DNA of 61,358 nucleotides, counting the filler, from Catajapyx aquilonaris (Eukaryota): assembly GCA_000934665.2 (NCBI GenBank). It is 2 parts of 2 records of this genome, joined end to end, with 100 filler letters (N's around TTAATTAATTAA, not from the genome) between each part and the next. Parts side by side here need not be neighbours in the genome. Positions count along the whole stretch, not along the records: positions 1 to 30,641 come from JYFJ02004625.1; positions 30,742 to 61,358 come from KZ539183.1. One strand, given 5' to 3'. The stretch's first letter is position 1. Each line of letters starts with the position of its first letter. Under the pieces are notes generated by a model. That model did no database searches, was not told the DNA's origin, and saw only the letters and a list, made by a program, of their open reading frames with translations. The position numbers and the translations under genes were made by a program. Below, piece after piece: positions 24,524 to 36,100 of the stretch.

Positions 24524-25259
24524 TCCCTGCCAGGCACGGTCAGGCGCTCCCGATGATTTTAATTAGTTGCGAGCGTCCGTCTTGTGCGTCGCAGGCTCTC
24601 TGCAGGTCTGGTTGACCTGTCATGATAGTGTCGGGTCAGCTGAATCGCGGTGGATTTGGACCGGGCCTTTAGCTCTCTATTAGAGAGCAGTCCCCCTAAT
24701 GGCTAGTGGGACAAGGGAGTGGAGGAGAGAGGGAGGGAGGGAGCGGGGAGACTGGGGAGGATCGGCGTCTACGGGACGCCATGCAGACGAAAACCAACTT
24801 CAAATCGATTCATCCTCTTCTCCTGACAACCCAACAAGGGCCAAGGACCAATCTTCTTCTTCTACAACTAGTGTCTTCGGCACCGGATATTATAAATGTC
24901 ACTAGTTCTATTATTCAAACTGGTTTTTATCGTTCAAAGTGTTATATTTTTGCAATGTGTGCAATGTTCGGTTAAGTGAGATTAACCAAATTGCATGTTC
25001 GGTGGGTTTTCATGCTAAAGTGCGGTGGGTAATTGAATATTTCAGGGAGCCAATGAGGTGTTCTGAATCTATGTTTTCCATTTGCATACGAATCAAATCG
25101 AATGGACTTGGACGATAAACAAATTCCGGATGGAAATGATAGTACTTTGAGTATTTTTAGTAGAATCGAGTAAATCTAGTATGTTCACTCAAATGAGTCA
25201 CACTAAATAATATATGTTTTAAAAAGATTAGCTTTAATAGTCAAGGTCGATAGAGCGGC

Positions 25260-26490
25260 CTATCAATATCGGCGTATCGTTATCCAATTTAAATATGCCG
25301 TCGTATCGAATATTGACATATCGATCTCGATATCCGCTGGCACCCCAGTTTTTTTTTTGTTTTTTGTTTTTTGTTTTTTTTTTTTTTTTTTTGGGGGGGG
25401 GGGGGAATCCGTGATGAATATGATGATGATGATTATATCAGTATCGATATAGAGGTCTAATATCAATATAGAGGTCTATCAATATCGTTGTATCGTCATC
25501 AAAATAATATTGATATGTCGTAATATAAAATATTGACGCATCATATTATATCAGCATCGATATAGAGACCTAGTAATAGCCCTATATAAATATAGAGGCC
25601 TAGTAATAGCCCTATATAGATATAGCGGTCTATTAATATCGGTATATCGTGCTGCCATATATTGATATATCATACTATATCAAGTGTCTGTATATCTTCA
25701 TATGAAATTTAATTATACATTTATATCAAATATAGATGCTGTTGGGTATCGATATATCATCATAATGAATAGAGACATTATTTCAATATCGTTACACCGT
25801 CCTATCACATATCAATATATCGTCCCATCAAGCACGATATATCGCCATATGAAATTTAATTATACAGTAGCCCACCTTTTTTTATCAAATATAGATAAGT
25901 TACATCGCCCTATCATGTATCGATATATTGTCATATTGAATATAGATATACCGTCATATTTAATATAAACCTATCGTTATTATCAATATCATTACATCGT
26001 CCTATCACATCAATATAATTATATCTCCCTAACAGTATATTGTCCTATCAAGTATCGATATGTCTCCATATTATGAAATTTAATTATACAAGTGCCTTTA
26101 CATGAAATATAGATAGTACATCGTCATATCATGTAGAGATATATCGTCATATTGATTACAGACATATCGTTATATCAATATCGATAGATCGTCCTATCAC
26201 ATATCAATATATCTTTAGGTCAAGTATCAATATATCTTTAGGTCAAGTATCAATATACTGTATCTTCAGGTCAAGTATCAATATACTGTATCTTCAGGTC
26301 AAGTATCAATATACTGTATCTTCAGGTCAAGTATCAATAATATCGACAGGTCAATATCAATAATACGGTGTATCGTCAGGTCAAGCATCAATAATACTGT
26401 ATATCGTTAGGTCAAGTATCAATAAATCCTCATTAGATATCTTGATATCAAATATGAGATATCATTCTATCATATTATATCGATATAGCA
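25260..26490. repeat. Degenerate ATATCG/TATCAATAT arrays including a 28-bp repeat (about 26215-26425)
   Basis: AGGTCAAGTATCAATATACTGTATCTTC tandem copies and dispersed ATATCG words. Confidence 0.8.
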
Positions 26491-27424
26491 AATAGTCTAT
26501 ATAAACGATAATAACAATGTAATGAATGTTTCTACCCAGCACAACCTGCTTAAATTGAACCAATCACAACAATATTGTAATTAACCATCTACAATATTAG
26601 CTCCCTTTTCTCTCTAGTTAACCCAGTAGAACATGGCCGTCTGCTGGAATCCACAAAAAAAGTCTGACTAAAACTGCAAAACTTTTCGGTTGGTCTACCC
26701 CTAGATCCCCCTGCCTTCCCTTCAAGCAAATTCTATTCTTCTCTCTATTTCTTCCTCGTTCCTCGCTTCCGCAAAAACTAATTTGCGATTTAATTCCGGC
26801 CTTTAACATTCCCTTCGAGTTTTACGGACAATCAGCACTAATTTACATGATCTGAATTTTTCTTACTTACTTAGTACTTCAAAAAGTTGAAAATTCGCAA
26901 TTAAATCGGATTCAGCTAGAAAATATCGCGGGCCGATATTTTGCAGCCAAATATTTGCGAACATAACAAAAACAGGTTTTAGAGTCGTAGGCCTTCCCTA
27001 GACTATGACTTATAAATGCAAACAAGCAGAAATCAATGCTAATCTCATTTGAATGCAAATGGAAAGTTAGGTGAAGGCAGAGGAAGGTGGTTTATACAGA
27101 TTCGCAAACGCCAACGACCGCAAACACCATCTTGGACCACACTCCATTTGCATATGCAATCTTCAAGCCTTCAAGATGGACATTTTTCATTCAAAAACAT
27201 TCTGACATCCAAAATTATCGATATTCCTGGGTTCAGATATTGAATGGTGGAAACAGTCATAACTGGTCAAAATATCAAAAAATTCGGATTTTTACACATT
27301 CCTAGCATTTTGTCGCATTTAAGGCATCAGCGTGCCAAATTTCGCCACTCTCAGTAGTCTAGAAGTGGGTTTGGCAGCAGTGACATGCATACCAACAAAC
27401 TTTCGGATTTATACAACAAATTAA

Positions 27425-27900
27425 AATATCGACCAATTGTCATGTAAAATATCGATGTTTCGTCTTATACAAATCATCATAATTATCATTCTGTGCAATG
27501 AAGATTTAGCGTCACATAAATATCGATGAATTGTCATAAAATATCGATGTTTCGCTCTTTCAAAAATCAATATATCGTCATACAAAGGTCATATTTAGAG
27601 TCATAAAATATCGATAAGTCGTCATATAAATATCGATGTTTCGTCTTTTATAAATCGATGTAACTATCATTGTATGCAATGAAGATTTAGCTTCACATGA
27701 ATATCGATGTATTGTAATAAAATGTCGCTGTTTCGTCTTTTATAAATAGATATAATAATCATTATATGCAATGAAGATTTAGCGTTATATAAACATCGAT
27801 GAATTGTCATAAAATATCGATGTTTCGTCATTTCAAAATGAATATATAGTCATATGAAATGAATTTTATAGGGTCATATAAAATATCGATAAATCGTCTT
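27425..27900. repeat. Degenerate AAATATCGATGTTTCGTC array
   Basis: Repeated TGTCATAAAATATCGATGTTTCGTC and GCAATGAAGATTTAGC blocks. Confidence 0.8.
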
Positions 27901-27901
27901 A

Positions 27902-28002
27902 TACAGGGTGTTACAAGCATACTTTTGGAATCACTTTTGGATAACTGCTACCGCTCGATAGCAGTTATCCAAAAGTGATCCGTATACTTGGAACACCCTG
28001 TA
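27902..28002. mobile_element. Tc1/mariner-like MITE
   Basis: TA-CAGGGTGTT...AACACCCTG-TA with internal hairpin TCACTTTTGGATAACTGCTA / TAGCAGTTATCCAAAAGTGA. Confidence 0.8.
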
Positions 28003-28164
28003 GGCCTATATGTATATAGGGCGATATGAGGCCCAGAGAGGCGTTAATATAGATGGTATCGCAATTTACAGCCCCTCATGTAGCATTTTGCCAAATCTCA
28101 GCTCTGTAGGTAACCTAGAAGTGGTTAAAATTGCCCAGTTACCCCCCTTCTAGGGTCTAGGCGT

Positions 28165-28406
28165 CCTATAGTAGTGTAGCCTCCCCTATAGCCGAGCAGC
28201 CTTCCTTATGCGCCTCCAGAGCGGAGTAGCCTCCCATAGGCGTCTCCAGAGCAGTCTAGCCTCCTTTAGGTGCCCCCAGGGCAGTCTAGCCTCCTTTAGG
28301 CGCCTCTAGAGCGGAGTAGCCTCCCATAGGTGTCTCGAGTGCAGTCTAGTCTCCGTTAGGCGTCCCCAGAGCAGAGGAGCCTCCTTTAGGCGCCTCTAGA
28401 GCGGAG
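28165..28406. repeat. 30-bp tandem repeat, truncated at a single N
   Basis: Unit TAGCCTCCTTTAGGCGCCTCCAGAGCAGTC. Confidence 0.85.
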
Positions 28407-29008
28407 NACATAACCAAACGTGCTCATTGCACCAAACCTCACCCTGCACAAAATCACGTTCTTTCAATTTGTTCACCTCATTACAGCTCGTTAATAATAT
28501 TCCAGCCCGTCAAAGTGACTAATTCTAGCACGTGGCTCATTTGACCTACCCTCTACAAACACACAATTTAGCTAATAACTCATCCCCCTAATTGTTACAT
28601 GAAGTACACTCACAACCATAAGGATGTGTATACCATCCACATCTTTATGATCGAGACTGTACAACAATTCTGGTGTTGTAATTTTCCAACCGGACTTAAG
28701 CTAGGTTTTTTTTCCCCTCTCTCTCTCTAATGGGGCTGCCTTGTATGCTAGTGTTCCACCATGCAGAGGCCCCCCACCAGTAATGGCCAAGTCCCCCTAA
28801 TTTGCCTGATAGACTGTGGCAGTACCCGCGATATAGGAGCCCAGGCCCAGATTCTCCTTGTCCTAGCCCCCACGCTAATAGCCAAATTTTCAAAGCGCCC
28901 TCTTCCACCAAATGGATCGAACCATTTGCAACCTCACAAACTACTTTTTTGGGGGGGAAAGGGAGAGTAGAAATCAGACTGATTACAGAAGAGCTGTAGC
29001 GGCCAGGT

Positions 29009-29087
29009 AGAGGGTAGATGTGTGTATAATTATAAATAGGCTGAGAGCTCCCAGCCTATTTATAATTATACACACATCTACCCTCTA
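29009..29087. repeat. Perfect hairpin with about 35-bp arms
   Basis: TAGAGGGTAGATGTGTGTATAATTATAAATAGGCTG / CAGCCTATTTATAATTATACACACATCTACCCTCTA. Confidence 0.9.
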
Positions 29088-29118
29088 ACTTCTAGACGGC
29101 TATACGTATATGCGGTGG

Positions 29119-30530
29119 TGACATCTGTATGGCTTGGTGACCGCACCAGTACTGTCCTGCCCTGCCAGGCACGGTATGTCGCCCGGCTTCATTTTGAACT
29201 GGACAATGTTGAACTACAGACTGCTCCCGCACACTCTCCTAGAAGTGTACATCATGATTACCATTGACTACCTTTGGATTACACTACATTACCTTGCGAT
29301 TACCCGAGATTACCTCATGATTACCTGTGATTACCCAGTTTACCTTATGATTACACTAGATTACCTTACGATTCCCTAGATTACCTTACGATTCCCTAGA
29401 TTACCTTATTATTGCCCTAGATTACCTTATTATTGCCCATTACTACCCAGATTACCTCATGATTACCTAAGATTACCTTATTATTACCCATTACTACCCA
29501 GATTACCTCATGATTACCTATGATTACCTTATTATTACCCATTACTACCCAGATTACCTCATGATTACCTATGATTACCCAGTTTAACTTATGATTACAC
29601 TAGATTACCTTATAATTACACTAGATTACCTTATTATTACCAATTACTACCCAGTTTACCTCATTATTGACCATTACTACCCAGATTACCTTATGGTTAC
29701 CCATTATTACCAAGTTGAACTCACAATTACCTATGATTATCCGGATTACCTTATGATTACCCGTGATTATCCAGTTCACCTTATGATTACACTAGATTAC
29801 CTTACGATTCCCTAGATTACCTTATTATTACCCATTACTACCCAGATTACCTCATTATTGACCATTACTACCCAGATTACCTTATGGTTACCCATTATTA
29901 CCAAGTTGAACTCACGATTACCTATGATTATCCGGATTACCTTATGATTACCCAGTTTACCTTATGATTATCTTGATATTTACTATGATTACATGCTCAT
30001 GATAATCATGATTACGTATGATTGCTACATGATCACTAGGATTACCAAACGAAGTGTACACCAGATTACCAGAGTGGATAACCCCTGGCCCCGCCTTTGT
30101 CCCAGCCCTGCCAGGCATGGTATGTCGCCCCCTACGGACAATTCAACTGAATATATCGATATATCGCCATATTAAGTACGGATATAATACCATGAAATAT
30201 CGACACATTTCCATGACAAAAACCGACGTATCATCTCATCAATATTGATATATCGCCATATTAAGTACTGTACATGTGTAGCACCATGAAATATCGATAT
30301 CTAGCCATAAAATATCGACATATGGCCATGACTAATACCGACGTATCACCTCCGCGTTTCCCCCCCAGCCCTGCCAGGCACGGTATGTAGCCCAGCTTGA
30401 TTTTAAACTGGACATTCTAACTGAAGCATACCCCTACCTTTCCCCCGGCCCTTCCAGTCAAGGTATGACGCCCAGCCTGATTTTGATCAAATAACAAACT
30501 GGACAATTCAACTGAACGCCTTTGCCCCAG
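29119..30530. repeat. Interrupted 80-bp tandem unit containing CCCTGCCAGGCACGGTATG
   Basis: Motif copies at 29160, 30106, 30369 and 30449 (period 80 for the last two), each followed by related GGACAATTCAACTGAA-like sequence. Confidence 0.8.
29230..30077 (+). mobile_element. Expanded GATTACC-array element
   Basis: About 750 bp of GATTACC/ATTACCC words between ends shared with 18398-18575. Confidence 0.75.
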
Positions 30531-30641
30531 GTCCTGTAGAAATATTTTTCAAGCCCGGGGTGTCATCAGCTTGAAAATCCCAGCGACTGTGTTATTCGAT
30601 TCCCGTACATCTCCCAAGCCTCTCCCCACCCCTCCCCCTTC

Positions 30642-30741
30642 NNNNNNNNNNNNNNNNNNNNNNNNNNNNNNNNNNNNNNNNNNNNTTAATTAATTAANNN
30701 NNNNNNNNNNNNNNNNNNNNNNNNNNNNNNNNNNNNNNNNN
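30642..30741. other. Artificial assembly linker N44-TTAATTAATTAA-N44
   Basis: Exactly 100 nt, symmetric, with a core that has stop codons in all six frames; a second 40-N gap at 31068-31107. Confidence 0.9.
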
Positions 30742-33150
30742 CTATCGGCTTCAGCCACCTGCACTCTGGTGGTAGCAAGGCCGCACTAGCGGAGATTTGC
30801 CCTATCTCTTGTTTAGTCTGACACATATCCCGTCTCCGTTCCTGTCCAAGCCACAACAAAATGGGGAGTGAAGAGAAACCGATCCGGAAAAATACAGCAT
30901 GAAGAATAATAGAGTCAACAACTCATCCAGAAAGCTCCCACATGAGCAGCATGAGCACATCACGACATCAGTTTTGACCACGTTTTGACCAGGTTAGAAC
31001 TGGGGGAGGCGTACATGTTGGGATTGGGGCGCGTTCGAACTTTACCCACACTTAAAAGAACAAGGGGNNNNNNNNNNNNNNNNNNNNNNNNNNNNNNNNN
31101 NNNNNNNAGAGAGAGAGAGCTAATATATTAAGAAATGAGGAATAGCTAAGCCGCAACACAGTTAGTACTGCTGTATCCTACAATACGGTTTGTGTAGATG
31201 CTGTATCGTGCTGTATGTTTTTATTTCCATTTAAAATGCATATACCATGCATATTTTCATGAAAACCGTCGTATTCTATTCAGTTTTTAATGCTCTTTCG
31301 ATTGGTGTTGTCGTGCTGGATGGCGTATGTTTTACGAGTTACTCGTTGTTGTTCATAATAATCAAACGAGTTTCGTAAAAGCTGACCTGCTCCTGATATG
31401 GCCACATCAAGTGCACTATGGCCACATCAAGTACGTATTATATTTTTATTTGTCTCAATTGCGAACAGTAATTTGTTTTAACAATCTCAATTTTGTCTTG
31501 TGCTCTACCCTTGAATCATTTCAAATTGGGGGGGAGGGGGGGTTGAAAGGAATTGCAATGTCAATTTTGCAAACAATTAATTTTTAATGGCAATTCCAGC
31601 TGTTTTGAATCCACTTTTGCATAACAAAAAGGATCATTTCGTATCATATGTTTATTGATTTCAGTATTTCCCACCAAAATTATTTAATTTCAGCAGAACT
31701 GCTCTATGAAACTGGGGGGAAAAAATCACGATTTGTAGTGTAGAACGTGGAACAAGGGTGGCCATATCATGCACACATGTTCCCGATATGATCACTGTGT
31801 CGACTTTTGGAATTCGGTTTTTTTGGACCAGTAAAACTGTTTTCATGGGGAATTAAATTTATTCTTATTACAGTCCAACCTGGGAACAATTACGAAAAAA
31901 GGTTTAGATATTTTTTTCTCTTTTTTCAAAAAGGCGGCTAGAAAAATTCTCAAACCTTAGCATGGCCATAACCGGTACGACCACCTTATATGGCCAGCGC
32001 TGCACGTGGACGATGCTGGGTTAGGTGACCAAGGCAGGATTATTAGGAGGCCCTCGAGCTGGCTTTCGCTTCTTTGAAACTGGCGGAGCGGATGTGACTT
32101 CACGAAACTTTTTATAAAGGCGCTGTATCGGTATTAACTATACGCAACGGCGCCCAAAACTATAATTGCATATCCCTATATTTGTTTTGCGAGTAGCAAG
32201 GCGAGTAGACTAATAGGGAAATTCTGGACCGACTATAAGCCAACATGTGGCCCTGCAGCCCTTCTTCCCCATTTATTTCTCAACAAAATACACGTCATCA
32301 ATTTAGTCATGATAGTCATCCATCCATCCACATCAGTCATCAGTCATCCACCAACATCAGCCATCAATGAATCATCAACGTCTTCGTTTTCCCCAGACGC
32401 TCCCGGCATTCAATGGAGCCAGGACGTGATTCGCTGAAGCAGAACCTGTTGAAGCTGGGTTGCGAGTAGACTATACGTACGTACTGTACTATCAGTCTAT
32501 CTGGCGATTGGGCTCGTCGAGTTTCCATTCACCCTGTATAATTTCGATGAAAACATTCCTTTCCTTTGGTTATGAGATAATAGCTGAGAATTTACCGACA
32601 TTACATTTGATAATAACTAAAAACTAAAGGTTACGTAAAAAGGTACTGCCATGTTTTGAACCGTTTTGAACTTTGCGCCCATATTCACATAGAGGGCAAT
32701 ATGCAGCTTGCTGCAAGTATTTCTAAAGCCAAATGAACGTTATTGAAGATTTATCTTTTTGTCAAAATTACCGCATGCAAAATATGCATGGCATGTGCAC
32801 TTTAAATGAAAATAAAAACATACATCATCTATACACACACCGTAATGTAGGATGCGTACTAACTGTTGCTGGTTATAGCTATAGCTATTTCTCCTTAATG
32901 TATCAGTTTTTCCTCCATGAGGTGTAATGTACGAACGCGCCCCAATCCCAATCGTGTCCGCCAGTTCAAACCGTTCAAACAGGTCAAAAACGTGTCAGAA
33001 GCTGGTTTAAAAAAATAATTTTAAACTCTGTAAGTACATCGGATAAAAGCAAGTAAAATACAATTGCGACATGGCCATTTTTCTGTTTCCTGCTTCAGCT
33101 TGATCACCCCGATCACCCTCCCCCCATAGATCCGCCACTGGGAAGGAGTC

Positions 33151-36100
33151 ATGGAAGCGCTAGGAGTCATGCCGCAGCGAAGCTCCATGTGGAAAGCTCC
33201 TCCACCTACTTCCGCCCCAGCTTTCATCCGAAGAGCTCCCACTGGTAGGCCTATCCGCGCCACCTCTGGCGTTATCCTTGGCCCTCCAACCGACAGAGCG
33301 TTTACCTGCCCCGGACAAAGACCGCCTGTGCCACCGCCTGCACCTCAAGCTGACCCTATCCGGCCCATGCTACCACCTAGCTCTGCCCCAAGGCGACCGC
33401 CTGTGCCACCGCCTGCACCTCAGGTTGACCCTATCCAGCCCATGCTACCACCGAGCTCTGCCCCAAGGCGACCGCCTGTGCCACCGCCTGCACCTCAGGT
33501 TGACCCTATCCAGCCCATGCTACCACCGAGCTCTGCCCCAAGGCGACCGCCTGTGCCACCGCCTGCACCTCAGGCTGCCCCTATCTGGCCCATATGGGCC
33601 AGATTGCTTCCACCTAGCTCTGCCCCAAGGCGACCGCCTCTTCCCCCGCTCACTGATAAGTCATTAGGCACATTCTATGATTTCAAGCAAGAGTTTGTGC
33701 GGGGAAATAACAGCACCTCAGGAATGCTAGAAAACTGCACAGCAGAAGTGGACGAGAGTTCTCCTGACCAGGTCAGTTAGGTTTCTTTAATCATAGAGGT
33801 AATCCACATTTACCGGCTCTGTAGGTAGCGAACATCCCCAAGTCAGCTGAAAAAGTCAACATGCTTCCGCCCCACCCTTTGCCGCTTGTTCACCTAGTGC
33901 TTATGAAATGGGCCCCCACCCGAAATTTTTCTGCCTACGCGCCTGTATATTTTAATTTCTATGTTCAGGTGGGGGCCCTAACCAAGATCGCCCCGGGCCC
34001 CCCAAGGTCTAAATCCGGCCCTGGCTGCATGATCTCATTTCACAGAATAATTTCTTCTTAAATTGCAGTGTGCGCCTACTGTGAGAAACACCAGAGAGGA
34101 GCCCTTTTTAAAAATGACACAGCCTCAGGTTAAGTACATCCCATCGGACGTTGTGGCCTTTGGCAATCAGTTTGTCTACGAGACCCTGCCTGATCTTGTC
34201 CTGGTTGACATTGAGGTGGTGGAGTACCAGTCACCTTATGTGATGTTCTTTCACATCAAGGGCTGCCCCAAGTTCGAAGAAATGATGAAGCTAATGGGGT
34301 AGGTAGCTTTGAATTGTTTGATTGGACAAGTATTACTTGGCTCCTGTTTGCAGGGAGTTTTATACTGGACCAGCTAGCAATAATTACAAAATGGATGAAT
34401 GCCTGATCGTGGTCGGCCAGATCTGTGCCGTTCCGTACAACGGCGTGTGGCACCGAGGTGTGATCACGTCTCAAAAGAATGGTTCAGTTGGGGTAAGTCT
34501 GGTTTGTAATTAACAATTTAGGTTTCTAAACCTGTTCTTTTCCAGATCAGGTACGTGGACTACGGGACTAAGGGTTTTGTTCATAGCGGGAAGGACATCC
34601 GGCTGCTGCGTCAGGAGTATTTCACTCTCCCGGCACAGGGAATCCGAGCCCGTCTCTGCGGCATCAAGCCTACGGAGGAGAAGTGGCAGAAGAGGCCCAG
34701 GAAGTTTCTGTGGGACTATGTCGACAGGTCACTCCAGCTGAAGGCTTGCAACATCTCTTGCCACTCTGAAGTGAGTGTGCATTACGTGTTTGATATAAAG
34801 ATAATGACAGGCAATTTACATGCAACCTTGTTTCGATAGAGACGTGCAGCTGACGTGGTTTTGCTGGACGTGACTGATGGAAGCATAACATGCCTGAACG
34901 AGCTGATGATCGATATGAGACTGGCTAAAGAGATTCCTGGATGGAGACCAGTAATGCAACATGTTTACCCGGGGTAATGAACATGAGCAACACAATTATT
35001 TTTCCTTTTAATTCCAGGTATTTGATCAAACGAAGGCAGCTGTCTCTGCGGGACAGCCAGCTCCTGCCGTCCAAGCCTCATCTCCAGACATGAAGCCACA
35101 GCAACTGAGACTGGCTAAAGAGATTCCTGGGTGGAGACCAGTAATGCAACATGTTTACCCGGGGTAATGAAAATGAGCAACACAATTATTTTTCCTTTTA
35201 ATTCAAGGTATTTGATCAAACGAAGGCAGCTGTCTCTGCGGGACAGCCAGCTCCTGCCTCATCTCTAGACATGAAGCCACAGCAAACCACGTTGGCCCTG
35301 AATAGCCGCAACAGTGCAAGCCCAACTCCTGCTTGCGGCACCAGTACTTCCCCATCTTTGAATCCTGCCCAGCCTGAAATGTTGCCTTGGAACGACATGG
35401 TGACAAAAGTGAGCCGCAGAGTTGCAATTGCCACGAAGACGCCATGTGGAGCGTCAATAAGTCATCAGGCACTGCCATACCTCAGCCCAGATCCTTCCGT
35501 GGCTTTGAATGGGTGAGATAACACAAATTGCACTACTATCCGTTTATTTAATATAGAGCCCTGTGTTTGACTCTAAACAACTCCCAGGTAAATTATCCAA
35601 AAAAATAATGGTATGTATCATTAGAAAGCTTGTTTAGGGGGGGGGATAAGGATAATCGGGACTTCTTAGAGTTCCAACTCTGGCCGAAAGAGGAGCCAGT
35701 GGATCCCAACCTCGCTGCACAAAAGAAAGGTCGTGGTTGACCATTCCCTCGAGGCACAATAAAAACCGTGAAAATTAGGGTTCCCCCAACTTCTAGTAGT
35801 TCTCAAATCAGTCAAATTTTGACAAAATTATTATTTGCCGAAAGGTTATAGCTAAATATAAAAATCGGCTTCACGGGTCCGGACCACCTCATTTTTCCGC
35901 TTTTTTGGGTGCTTGTTACAACATCACTTAAAATTTTACAATGGCGTAATTTACTCCCGAATGCAAATGACTTTTTAAAATTCTACATTAAGAATATGGG
36001 AAAAATACATCACACATGTGTAAGAGAGAGGTCAGTTACACTTACACACAAAAAAAAATCGGTTCTGCTGTTGTTAGTTAGCGAGAACTTTGCTTCGAAA

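Noticed and set aside
30686..30697. TTAATTAATTAA as a biological site
   Set aside because: Embedded symmetrically in Ns; assembly linker
33079..33098. Strong-looking acceptor for an upstream coding exon
   Set aside because: In-frame TAG at 33127 follows, and the segment looks like part of a TE end
34974..34979. Alternative donor GG|GTAATG for Tudor exon 5
   Set aside because: Gives a stop in the next exon; the donor at 34951 keeps the frame
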